From Muribaculaceae bacterium (GTDB lineage: Bacteria; Bacteroidota; Bacteroidia; Bacteroidales; Muribaculaceae), in contig JAEEJI010000128.1 of NCBI GenBank assembly GCA_016281825.1, positions 6,241-70,240 on the forward strand: a DNA stretch of 64,000 nt. The letters run 5' to 3'. Of the stretch, positions 36,808 to 45,751 are shown piece by piece. The position numbers and the translations under genes were made by a program. The notes below the pieces were generated by a model, which had not been told where the DNA came from, did not search any database, and was given only the letters and a program-made list of their open reading frames with translations. The stretch's first letter is position 1, and each line of letters begins with the position of its first letter.

Positions 36808-38247
36808 ATGGCTTACTTACAAGAATACGAAAAATTGTGCATGCTCGGAAAGGGAGCATTTGCAACCATTTGGAAAGTCCGGCACAATACTTTGGGCTAT
36901 ATTCGCGCCATCAAAGTGTCAAAAGAGGATATTGACAACGAGAACGACAAGGCCTACCAGACTTTCCTCAAGGAGTGCCGCGTCTTACTAAAGATTGGCA
37001 ATGGTGCGCACCCAAACATCGTACGCATCTACCAGCCACGTCTCATTGACAACCGCGCGCTCGTCGAGATGGACTACGTAAGGGGGTGCACTCTGAATGA
37101 ATATCTTGAGCAGCACAAGTTCATGCCCATAGCCGAGGTGATGCGGCTCATCAAGGAAATTGGTGGCGCATTGGCTTATTGTCACCATGACATCTACGAG
37201 GACCAACTAAATCCAGTCGAAGACCATCTGAAGTGCGACCCCGACGATGCGAAACGCTATGCCATCAATGATGCCAAGCGTGAGGAACTCATCAAGAAAT
37301 ACCGCATCATCCACAATGACCTGCACAGCAACAACATCATGCGGCGCGACTATGATGGAGGATTCATTTTGCTTGACTTTGGTCTAGCAATCCAGAACGA
37401 CCGTGCGGTCAAGAGCAGCTCACGTCAGGATGGCGCACTGGAGTATAAAGCGCCCGAGAAATGGGAGGACGAATGCGCTATTACCACACAGAGCGACATC
37501 TACAGTCTAGGTATCCTCATTTATGAGGCACTCGCCGGCCACGTGCCGTTTGTCTTCGACCCAGACAAGTATTCCAGCGACCTGCACGCAAAGAATGAGA
37601 TGTTCAAGAAACATCGCGATGTGACTCCACCAGCCATTGAACCTGAACGCATGGCCTCCTTTAAGCTAGCTAACCCAGGGCAAGTATGGGAAAAAGACTA
37701 TCCCGACTGGCTTGAAAAGATGGTGATGAAATGCCTTGAGAAAAATCCTGCTGACCGCTATGCCGACGCTCGGGAACTTATTGATGACTTTAACCGCAAT
37801 GTCAAAGCCGAAAACAGTACAAAGGTAATGAGTGATGAGAAAGTTCGTTATGATACCGATAACGAACGGTTGCGAAAACAAGTTAGCGAACTGACTGACC
37901 AACTGAATAAAACCACCAATAAGCCCATTGACAAGAATAAGACAAAGCGAGGTCTATGGCTGGCCGTTATTGGCACACTGTTGGTCCTTGCCGTTGGTGC
38001 TGCTATGGTTCTTACATACGAGAAAGGCTTTGATGATGGGGTAAGTTTTGGAAAATATGTGGTAGAAGCTGTTGAACCTGAGGTGGAAGAAGCTGCTCCT
38101 GAAGAAGCTGTTGCTGTAGCTGCAGATGCTGCTAAAGAAGCCGCTGAAGACGCTGTTGCTGTAGCTGAAGATGCCGCTAAAGACGCTGTGGATGAAGTCA
38201 AATCTGCTGTGGATGGAGCCGAACCTGCAGCGGAAGCAGCTAAATAA
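36808..38247 (+). CDS. membrane Ser/Thr protein kinase 3
   Basis: LGKGAFA, AIK, HPNIV, HNDLHSNN, DFG, YKAPE; TM followed by a short Ala/Glu-rich tail. Confidence 0.92.
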   Translation: MAYLQEYEKLCMLGKGAFATIWKVRHNTLGYIRAIKVSKEDIDNENDKAYQTFLKECRVLLKIGNGAHPNIVRIYQPRLIDNRALVEMDYVRGCTLNEYLEQHKFMPIAEVMRLIKEIGGALAYCHHDIYEDQLNPVEDHLKCDPDDAKRYAINDAKREELIKKYRIIHNDLHSNNIMRRDYDGGFILLDFGLAIQNDRAVKSSSRQDGALEYKAPEKWEDECAITTQSDIYSLGILIYEALAGHVPFVFDPDKYSSDLHAKNEMFKKHRDVTPPAIEPERMASFKLANPGQVWEKDYPDWLEKMVMKCLEKNPADRYADARELIDDFNRNVKAENSTKVMSDEKVRYDTDNERLRKQVSELTDQLNKTTNKPIDKNKTKRGLWLAVIGTLLVLAVGAAMVLTYEKGFDDGVSFGKYVVEAVEPEVEEAAPEEAVAVAADAAKEAAEDAVAVAEDAAKDAVDEVKSAVDGAEPAAEAAK

Positions 38248-38285
38248 TACTTTATATAACAACGAATAAAAGAACTAATATAATC

Positions 38286-39257
38286 ATGCTAGACTTTCTA
38301 AAAAACATCGTCAACCCTACAAAAAAGGTTGACCAACCCAAACAAACTGAGGTGAAACCCGAAACCGAGCAGAAGCCCGATACCGAGCTGAAACCCGATA
38401 CCGAGCTGAAACCCGATACCGAGCTGAAACCCGATACCGAGCTAAAGCCCGATACCGAGACTAAGCCCGAAACCGAGACTAAGCCCGAAACCGAGACTAA
38501 GCAGATATTGCTTCCATCGGATAACGCCATCGAGTCACGAGAATATATCATTAATGCCATCATTCAGTCTCTTGAACCAATGCAAGGTCTTAGCAAGGAC
38601 AAGTTCAACGGACTCACAATCTATATCACAGAACAACGTTTGCAGCTGCTCACCGAAGGCAAGGATTTCATGCAACATTTGTGCGCCCAAATGGACAATC
38701 ATGGGTTTGAATCGTTGAGTGACCTTGTTGCCATCACGAATGACACGGCACCCAATAACGCCATTACTGTGATGCCTGGCATGAGATTGATGCTTCATCA
38801 AAAAGAGAGCAAGGGGGGCGAAGAACTGCCACCACCTGCCACCGGCAAGATGAGAATCTTCATTTTTGAGGGGCAAGGCTCGATGCAGCAAGCCGAGTAT
38901 ATTCTGAATGCCAAAGAAAAACAAGTCTTCCACATCGGACGCATCAAGTTTGTCAGAGACCTTAGTCCCCGACGCATAAACGATGTGGTCATCAAAGATG
39001 ATGAATCTGTTGACGAATTAAAAAAGTTGAACTCGAAGGTCAGCCGTTCGCACGCCGACATTATCTGGCGTGATGGAATGTTCTTCATCAAAGCTATGCG
39101 TGGCGGATGTCGGCCCGAGGGCGGTGCGGCAACCAAGGTAATTCGCAACGAACAAGAGACCGAAATGTTGACCAGCAACATGCTTTATCCTCTGCGTGAC
39201 GGGGATCTCATCGAGCTAGGCAAGGCGGTCATCCTGCAAGTCAACATTGTTGAGTGA
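38286..39257 (+). CDS. FHA domain protein with N-terminal KP(D/E)TEx repeats
   Basis: FHIGR, NDVVI, VSRSHA, PLRDGDLIELG (FHA motifs). Confidence 0.85.
   Translation: MLDFLKNIVNPTKKVDQPKQTEVKPETEQKPDTELKPDTELKPDTELKPDTELKPDTETKPETETKPETETKQILLPSDNAIESREYIINAIIQSLEPMQGLSKDKFNGLTIYITEQRLQLLTEGKDFMQHLCAQMDNHGFESLSDLVAITNDTAPNNAITVMPGMRLMLHQKESKGGEELPPPATGKMRIFIFEGQGSMQQAEYILNAKEKQVFHIGRIKFVRDLSPRRINDVVIKDDESVDELKKLNSKVSRSHADIIWRDGMFFIKAMRGGCRPEGGAATKVIRNEQETEMLTSNMLYPLRDGDLIELGKAVILQVNIVE
38355..38498 (+). repeat. in-frame 18-bp VNTR, 8 copies
   Basis: aa(a/g)cccga(t/a)accgagNNN x8 encoding KPETEQ, (KPDTEL)4, KPDTET, (KPETET)2. Confidence 0.95.
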
Positions 39258-40024
39258 CAAAAAGAAAACAATTTATGCACGGGAAGAGTTGGGGATATGT
39301 GTGGAGCGTGGTGCTGGCGGTGTTGTTGGTGCTGCTGCTGAGAGAGGCCTGGCACGTGGCGGTTGGCCATGTGCTGGCACCGGACTGGAATGGAATGACG
39401 TGGAGCAAGTTTGCGTGGCAACCTGAACGCGGGGTGTCGAACTTCAACCTGTTGCGTAACTTCAACATGGGCATCTATTGGTGGTTCGGCGTGGGAATGG
39501 CGATCTACCCGCTGGCACGGTGGCTGCTGGTGCGCAAGGGGTGGGCGAAGAAACGGTCGTTCACCGACATGGAAACGCTTTCGCATGAGTTCTCGCACTG
39601 GCTGGTGGGCAAGCTCATGGGGCGCCGCATGCACTCGTTCCATGCCGAGGAAGAAACGGGTGTGGTGACAAGCAGCGGCAAGGAGTGGACCCGTCCTTTC
39701 ATGACATTGGCTCCGTATACGGTTCCTTATATGACGCTATTTCTGCTTGCGTTCCGCGCCATCACGGTGCCGCAGAATGCCTGGCTGTTTGACATCATCA
39801 CGGGGGGCACGTTCGGGTTCCACCTGGTGTGTTTCATCACACAGACACGGAAGTATCAGACTGACATTAATCGATTTGCCACGTTGTGGTTTCCTGCGCT
39901 GTACATCGCGGTGTGGGCTGTGTTTAACTTCGTGTTGCTCACGGTGACATTCTGGGCCAGTAAGAACTTTTTCAAGGCCTTATGGTGGATTATATCCAGC
40001 CTGTTCAGCCCGTCGCTTTGTTAG
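39254..40024 (+). CDS. M50B-like membrane metallopeptidase
   Basis: HEFSH (HExxH) within a TM region, TLAPY, later QTD; GTGA overlap with the FHA gene. Confidence 0.8.
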   Translation: MTKRKQFMHGKSWGYVWSVVLAVLLVLLLREAWHVAVGHVLAPDWNGMTWSKFAWQPERGVSNFNLLRNFNMGIYWWFGVGMAIYPLARWLLVRKGWAKKRSFTDMETLSHEFSHWLVGKLMGRRMHSFHAEEETGVVTSSGKEWTRPFMTLAPYTVPYMTLFLLAFRAITVPQNAWLFDIITGGTFGFHLVCFITQTRKYQTDINRFATLWFPALYIAVWAVFNFVLLTVTFWASKNFFKALWWIISSLFSPSLC

Positions 40025-40096
40025 TAAAACAAACAACAAATTAAACGAATGAAACAAATAAGCTTCGAGTTGAAACGGATTGAGGGAATGGTAATT

Positions 40097-40897
40097 ATGA
40101 AGAAACTATTTTTACTATTGGGTTTCGTGAGCCTAGTTGCAGGCTTGCAAAGTTGTCAGAATGGCAACAACAAACAGGAGACCTCGCAGAATCTTGTAGT
40201 CGTGGAACAGAGCGATACGATATGGAACAAGGCTGGCGAGTTTGATTATGATGCGTCTTTTACAGTTGATGTGCCGGTTGATGGTCCCCAGGCGTTGGTT
40301 GACTCAGTGATGGCCCTGCTCAATACGGAACTTCATTCAATGTGCGAGCGCACAATCCACTTTGATGATCAAGTCTCATTCAAGGAGAAAGAGGTTTATA
40401 CGGATGATGCCAAGAACTTACTGAACCACTACATAAAAAAATACAGGTCGCTGATAGAAGATGTTCTAGAATGGCATGTAGCGTTCACACTTAAGCTGGA
40501 GGCTCAGACTGAAAAATATGTCACCTATGGCATAGAGTGTTATCATTGCGGAGGTAGCTGTGGTTCAGAGAAATTCTATTATACTTTTTCAAAAAGCAAT
40601 GGACATCAGATAAAGGATATCATCAGTCGTGACAACCTTTTACGCTTTCTTAAGGAGCATCCTGAGTGCAAAGATAATGAAGATATGGATAAAGAATTGT
40701 GGCAGATGTTCCCTCTAGATGAGTACCAATTTGAAAATAGCAACTACGGATTGCTCGGTGACCATTTCTCTCTAGTCATTTGGGGTTATACCAATCACTA
40801 TCTTAGCACAGAATTCCCCTATAGCAAGATTCTCCCCTATCTCTCGCCCGAAGCTCAGGAACTGGTGGGGAAATTACAGATTACAGATAATAGATAA
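40097..40897 (+). CDS. lipoprotein, possibly DUF3298/RsiV-like
   Basis: Lipobox LQSC; YHCGGSCG..YYTF.KSNG and FPYSKILPYL resemble the Y.GGAHG / IPY..L pattern. Confidence 0.55.
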   Translation: MKKLFLLLGFVSLVAGLQSCQNGNNKQETSQNLVVVEQSDTIWNKAGEFDYDASFTVDVPVDGPQALVDSVMALLNTELHSMCERTIHFDDQVSFKEKEVYTDDAKNLLNHYIKKYRSLIEDVLEWHVAFTLKLEAQTEKYVTYGIECYHCGGSCGSEKFYYTFSKSNGHQIKDIISRDNLLRFLKEHPECKDNEDMDKELWQMFPLDEYQFENSNYGLLGDHFSLVIWGYTNHYLSTEFPYSKILPYLSPEAQELVGKLQITDNR

Positions 40898-40945
40898 TTC
40901 TTAATTGTGATAGTTGTCCAAGTTGTCTGATGTTCTCTCACGCAG

Positions 40946-40995
40946 ATTGCCAAAGGTCTGCTTGATGCGGACGTGGCAAGCCGTGTCCCTACATC
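40946..40995. repeat. 50-bp GTAG-type REP copy 1
   Basis: 49/50 identical to 42715-42764; minus strand reads GTAG followed by an imperfect GGAC..GTCC palindrome. Confidence 0.85.
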
Positions 40996-41023
40996 GGCTT
41001 CGCCGACGTGCAAGCGCAGCCTT

Positions 41024-41279
41024 TAGATAAATTTGGCTGCACCTCAACAAACTCAAACAAGTTTGGTTTGTATTCGGTTTGCACAAATCTTGTGCAAGAG
41101 AGTGCAGAGCAGAACTTGTTCTAGCTCTGGCGAGCGCAGCCAAGATTATCTAAATTTTGGCGAGCTAAAGGTTCTGAATTCTCAATTATTTGCACTACGT
41201 TGCCTGCTGCGAAGGTAGGCTGCGGCTCGGAAATGCTCAAATAAATTTGGCATTTCGCTCGGTTTGCACTACCTTTGCA
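41024..41279. repeat. cluster of GGCTGC..TCGGTTTGCAC hairpin repeats ending in the der promoter box
   Basis: Two direct units and one inverted unit; last unit ends in TACCTTTG at 41270-41277. Confidence 0.7.
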
Positions 41280-41332
41280 GCTTGAAAACAACTATGGCTC
41301 TGAGTTGGGAGCATTCAATATCTAAAGAATAA

Positions 41333-42646
41333 ATGGGAAGATTAGTAGCAATTGTGGGACGCCCCAATGTGGGCAAGTCGACACTGTTCAATAGGCTGAC
41401 GCAGACGCGGGCGGCCATCGTCAACGACACCAGCGGCACGACGCGTGACCGCCAGTATGGCATCATGGAATGGAACGGCATGGAGATGAGCGTTGTTGAC
41501 ACTGGCGGCTGGGTGGTGAACTCGGAGGACATCTTCGAGGAAGAAATCAACAAGCAGGTGCACCTGGCCATCGAGGAGGCCGACGTTATCCTGTTCGTGG
41601 TTGACATCAAGAATGGTATCACCGACCTTGATGACCATGTTGCCGAGATTCTGCGCCGCAGCAACAAGCCGGTGATTGTGGTCGCCAACAAGGATGACAA
41701 CAACGAGAGCATCTATGCCGAGGCCGAGTTCTACGCACTGGGGCTTGGAAAGCCGTTCAGCATCAGTGCCATCACGGGCACGGGCACGGGCGACCTGCTT
41801 GACGAGGTGGTGGCTCGTATGCCAGAGAAAGAGATGGACATCCCCGAGGACGACATACCCCGCTTTGCCATCGTGGGGCGCCCCAACGCGGGCAAGTCGA
41901 GCCTGGTGAACTCGCTGATGGATGAGGAGCGTAATATCGTCACCGACATCGCCGGCACCACGCGCGACACCATCTACTCACGTTACAACAAGTTCGGCTT
42001 CGACTTCTATCTGGTCGACACGGCTGGCATCCGCAAGAAGAACAAAGTGAACGAGGACATCGAGTACTACTCGGTGCTACGCTCCATCCGCGCCATTGAG
42101 AACAGCGATGTTTGCATCCTGCTGATTGATGCCACGCGCGGCATCGAGGCGCAGGACGTGAACATCTTCTCGATTATCCAGAAGAACCGCAAAGGTCTGG
42201 TAGTGCTGGTCAATAAGTGGGACATTGCCGAGTACAAGAGCCAACGCTCCATTGACACGATGGAACAGGCTATTCGCGAGCGTCTTGCACCGTTTACCGA
42301 CTTCCCCATCATCTTCGGTTCGGCGTTGACCAAGCAGCGCATCTACCGCGTGCTGGAGACTGCCATCGAGGTGTACAAGAACCAAAAGATTGTCATCCCC
42401 ACCTCGCAGCTGAACAACTATCTGCAGGAGGTTATCACCGCCACGCCACCACCCGCCGTCAAGGGCAAGTTTGTCAAGATCAAGTACATCACCATGCTCA
42501 AGGGTGCCAAGGTTCCGACGTTCATTTTCTTCTGCAACCTGCCGCAGTGGATTCGTGACCCCTACAAGCGTTTCTTGGAGAACAAGATTCGCGAGAAGTG
42601 GCCGTTGTCGGGCACGATGATCAACCTTTTCTTCCGTGAGAAGTAA
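41333..42646 (+). CDS. der: ribosome biogenesis GTPase Der (EngA)
   Basis: Two G domains: [16 protein letters not shown] and [16 protein letters not shown]; KH-like tail. Confidence 0.97.
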   Translation: MGRLVAIVGRPNVGKSTLFNRLTQTRAAIVNDTSGTTRDRQYGIMEWNGMEMSVVDTGGWVVNSEDIFEEEINKQVHLAIEEADVILFVVDIKNGITDLDDHVAEILRRSNKPVIVVANKDDNNESIYAEAEFYALGLGKPFSISAITGTGTGDLLDEVVARMPEKEMDIPEDDIPRFAIVGRPNAGKSSLVNSLMDEERNIVTDIAGTTRDTIYSRYNKFGFDFYLVDTAGIRKKNKVNEDIEYYSVLRSIRAIENSDVCILLIDATRGIEAQDVNIFSIIQKNRKGLVVLVNKWDIAEYKSQRSIDTMEQAIRERLAPFTDFPIIFGSALTKQRIYRVLETAIEVYKNQKIVIPTSQLNNYLQEVITATPPPAVKGKFVKIKYITMLKGAKVPTFIFFCNLPQWIRDPYKRFLENKIREKWPLSGTMINLFFREK

Positions 42647-42714
42647 AGGCCTCACCCCGGAAATTTTAAGTCATAAGAACACAAGAACATAAAATTCTCA
42701 ATTCTAATTTTTCA

Positions 42715-42764
42715 ATTGCCAAAGGTCTGCTTGATGCGGACGTGGCAAGCCGCGTCCCTACATC
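42715..42764. repeat. 50-bp GTAG-type REP copy 2
   Basis: Direct repeat of 40946-40995. Confidence 0.85.
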
Positions 42765-42909
42765 TCGTAAAAGCACACCGAATACCCTGAATACACAGAA
42801 AAATATTCTGTGAATTCTGTGTGAGATTTAAAAAATTATTAATTCTTAATTATTAATTCTTAATTATTTCCTACCTTTGCCCCATATATTTCAAAAACAA
42901 GGAAAGACT

Positions 42910-43824
42910 ATGAAGACAAAAATCGTATTGATAACGCTCCTGCTGGCCGCTATCTTGGCTAGCACGATGCAGGCTCGCGTGCCTCGCAAAAACCTTGACG
43001 AGTTCAACAAGGGCACCGCTGCATACGACAACCAGCAGTACCAAAAAGCCATTGACTGGATGGATCAAGTACTACAGCAGAACCCTGACAACGGCTACGC
43101 TTTGGCTTATAAGGGTTCGTCGCTACGTTACTTGAATCGTCTAGACGAGGCGGTCACCGCGCTGAATCGTGCAGCCACACTCATTGACGATGTGAACACT
43201 GCCTTCCGCGCCTGGACCAACAGCGAACGCTTCTATGCATACATCTTCAAGGGTGACACCATAGCAGCCCTGCAGGCCATCGATCTCGCCATCCAAGATG
43301 ATGCTAATCAACCGGTTTATTGGAAAAACCGCGCAGTCATCAAGGCTGGACAAGGCAACCTAGATGAGGCCATTGCCGACTATGACAAGGCTCTAGCATT
43401 GTCACCTAACGATGCGAGTTTGCGTGAAATGCGCCAACGCGCCTTTGAGTACAATGAAAAGTATAAAGCTGCGATTGCAGCAATCGGCGAAAAAGACTAC
43501 TATGCCGAGCGTGATACCACTGCAGCCGATGAAATTGTGCTACCCCAATTTCCTGGAGGCAAAGACGCACTCAATGCCTATCTTAACAAGAAAACTGGAT
43601 GGGATGACTCGAAACCACCCGTTAGCGTGATTGTTGACCTGACCATTGACGAGAATGGCAATGTCACCGATGCCACTATTCTCGAAGGATGCAACAAGAA
43701 ACTTGACAAGAAAGCCCTCGAAATCTGCCGTAAGCTCCCACAGTTCGCACCAGCCACCCATCATGGCGAACCTATTGAGTGCAAAATGCCCCTTCGCATC
43801 AGATTTGTAGACCCCAATTATTAA
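42910..43824 (+). CDS. TPR protein with TonB C-terminal domain
   Basis: Signal peptide, TPRs (EAIADYDKALALSPND), PQFPGG..L..YL and TIDENGNV..LDKKA..FAPA. Confidence 0.85.
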   Translation: MKTKIVLITLLLAAILASTMQARVPRKNLDEFNKGTAAYDNQQYQKAIDWMDQVLQQNPDNGYALAYKGSSLRYLNRLDEAVTALNRAATLIDDVNTAFRAWTNSERFYAYIFKGDTIAALQAIDLAIQDDANQPVYWKNRAVIKAGQGNLDEAIADYDKALALSPNDASLREMRQRAFEYNEKYKAAIAAIGEKDYYAERDTTAADEIVLPQFPGGKDALNAYLNKKTGWDDSKPPVSVIVDLTIDENGNVTDATILEGCNKKLDKKALEICRKLPQFAPATHHGEPIECKMPLRIRFVDPNY

Positions 43825-43836
43825 CTATCAACACTT

Positions 43837-44592
43837 ATGAGACGTATCACCCTCACCCTAATGGCGATGGCACTGGTTCCTGCTATCACAATGGCCCAAA
43901 CCAGTACCACCACACAACAACAGCAAGCTCAACAACTCTCGCAACTCGAGGACGAAATTGAACTCCAGGAAGAACTTGCGCAAGACATGCGCGACTCAAT
44001 CACCATTCTCAACGGAAAGATTGACGTACTCAAATCCCGACTTGATAGCCTTAACGGCATCGTGAAGGATGTCAAAGACCAAATCAGCGCACTCGAAAAG
44101 CTGAAGAAAGAACAGGAAAAAGGCATCAAGACCGCCAACAAAACGCGACAAGAGACCGTCGATAACCGGGACAACTTGATTTATCAGATGGATATTCTAC
44201 CCGTGCTACAAGAACCTTACGACAAACTGGATGTCGAGCAGATACTTGCAAAATTTGACGGCATGGAAACCAAGGACGTGCTCAAACGTAAAGACATGGT
44301 GGAAAACTATGGCAAGTACAGCCTCGAAATCCGTAACCTGCTTGAGAAGTACAAGAGCAAATTTGAGCAGACCCGCTGGGCAACTCAAGGAACCGAAAGC
44401 GAACTGTACAAGGAGTTCCAGAAAGCCTTCAAAAAGTTGGGCTACTACAAGACCTACGAGAAAGGTGTGAAAAATGCCACTACACCCACCATTCCCTATC
44501 TCGACAAGGTCATGTCAGAGATTCAGATGATTCAGCGCTCGGGTTTCAATAGTCAGTACCAATACAATAAGGTGTTGGATATGCTATATTAA
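43837..44592 (+). CDS. exported coiled-coil protein
   Basis: Signal peptide ending TMAQ, heptad-rich N-terminal half. Confidence 0.7.
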   Translation: MRRITLTLMAMALVPAITMAQTSTTTQQQQAQQLSQLEDEIELQEELAQDMRDSITILNGKIDVLKSRLDSLNGIVKDVKDQISALEKLKKEQEKGIKTANKTRQETVDNRDNLIYQMDILPVLQEPYDKLDVEQILAKFDGMETKDVLKRKDMVENYGKYSLEIRNLLEKYKSKFEQTRWATQGTESELYKEFQKAFKKLGYYKTYEKGVKNATTPTIPYLDKVMSEIQMIQRSGFNSQYQYNKVLDMLY

Positions 44593-44637
44593 ATCCTCTA
44601 AAAGGTGGAGGATAATTTAAAATCTTAGTTGAGTAGA

Positions 44638-45261
44638 ATGAAGAAGATATTTGCAATCGTGATGGTCTGTGTACTGGCGTTTGGCCTTGGTACACAGGCC
44701 TTCGCACAGAAGAAGACTGGTAGCAAGAAGCCCGCCAAGACAACCGCTGTAGCATCGAAAAAATCCTCAAAAAAGTCGGCGACAACCTCTTCAAAACCAA
44801 AGAACGGTGCATTCATCGTCATTTCGAAAAAAGACTTGAATCTGCGTGTCTACAGCTGTGACTCGGTATTAATGGCCGAATACCCTTGTTGCCTTAGCAA
44901 GAACAAGGGCAACAAGCAACGCAAGGGCGACATGAAGACTCCCGAGTCGCCAGTCGGCCAGCCGTTCAAGATTACTGCCATCCAGGATGCCAGCACATGG
45001 AAGCACGACTTCAAGGATGGTCGTGGCAGCATCAAGGCCTACGGGCACTGGTTCCTGCGCCTGCTTACGCCAGGCCACAGTGGCATCGGCATCCACGGCA
45101 GCACCAACAATGAGAGTTCGGTGCCTGGTCGTGCTAGCGAGGGCTGCATCCGTCTGCGTGACCAAGACATCATCACGCTCAAGGAGAACTATGCCTATGT
45201 GGGTATGCCTGTCATCATCAAGGCTGAAAACCAAGGCCTCTACCCCTGGGAAAAGGAGTAG
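44638..45261 (+). CDS. L,D-transpeptidase (YkuD family)
   Basis: GDMKTPE, GIGIHGS..ASEGCIRL. Confidence 0.92.
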   Translation: MKKIFAIVMVCVLAFGLGTQAFAQKKTGSKKPAKTTAVASKKSSKKSATTSSKPKNGAFIVISKKDLNLRVYSCDSVLMAEYPCCLSKNKGNKQRKGDMKTPESPVGQPFKITAIQDASTWKHDFKDGRGSIKAYGHWFLRLLTPGHSGIGIHGSTNNESSVPGRASEGCIRLRDQDIITLKENYAYVGMPVIIKAENQGLYPWEKE

Positions 45262-45295
45262 AAGCCTCATACATTCTCGGAGAATGTATGAAATA

Positions 45296-45751
45296 TCAGT
45301 ATTTTAGTTCCACTTTGGAAACCTTTCCGGGGCGGTGGCTGTGCGCGAAAGTGCACCACTGCCCCGTAATTTCGCTGTCATAGCGCACATGGTATCGGCC
45401 AGGGCGCAAGAAGCTGATAGTGACCGCACCATCCATTTCAATGTTTGGCCCACGACCTTTAGTGGCACGTTTCTCCTCGATGTGCCACTTGTCATCAATA
45501 ATGGTACTCACCAAGATGACCGTGTCACCCTCAAAGATTGGCAACCCTGAGCGAGAGATGGTCACACGGTCGGTATCCTCGCTAGTGATAGCCAGTTGAC
45601 CCGCCACTTCGGCATTCGACGGACTGAGGTCAAACTGGTCAATGTTTGTGGTGGCCTCGCCCCTACTACGCTGCCCAATGAGCAGCGTAATCAGTGCCAT
45701 GGCCACCACAAAGGCAATGACATAAAATTCAACTGAGTGTACGTCAATCAT
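45296..45751 (-). CDS. hypothetical membrane-anchored protein
   Basis: N-terminal TM and beta-rich domain; ATGA overlap with the upstream porZ-like gene. Confidence 0.65.
   Translation of the reverse strand: MIDVHSVEFYVIAFVVAMALITLLIGQRSRGEATTNIDQFDLSPSNAEVAGQLAITSEDTDRVTISRSGLPIFEGDTVILVSTIIDDKWHIEEKRATKGRGPNIEMDGAVTISFLRPGRYHVRYDSEITGQWCTFAHSHRPGKVSKVELKY

Noticed and set aside
32496-38247. Kinases as HipA-type toxins or pseudogenes
   Set aside because: Intact Hanks-type ORFs with TM segments in a PP2C/FHA context; no antitoxin seen
40946-42764. Composite transposon carrying der
   Set aside because: Repeats are short REP-like direct repeats, there is no transposase, and der is a core gene
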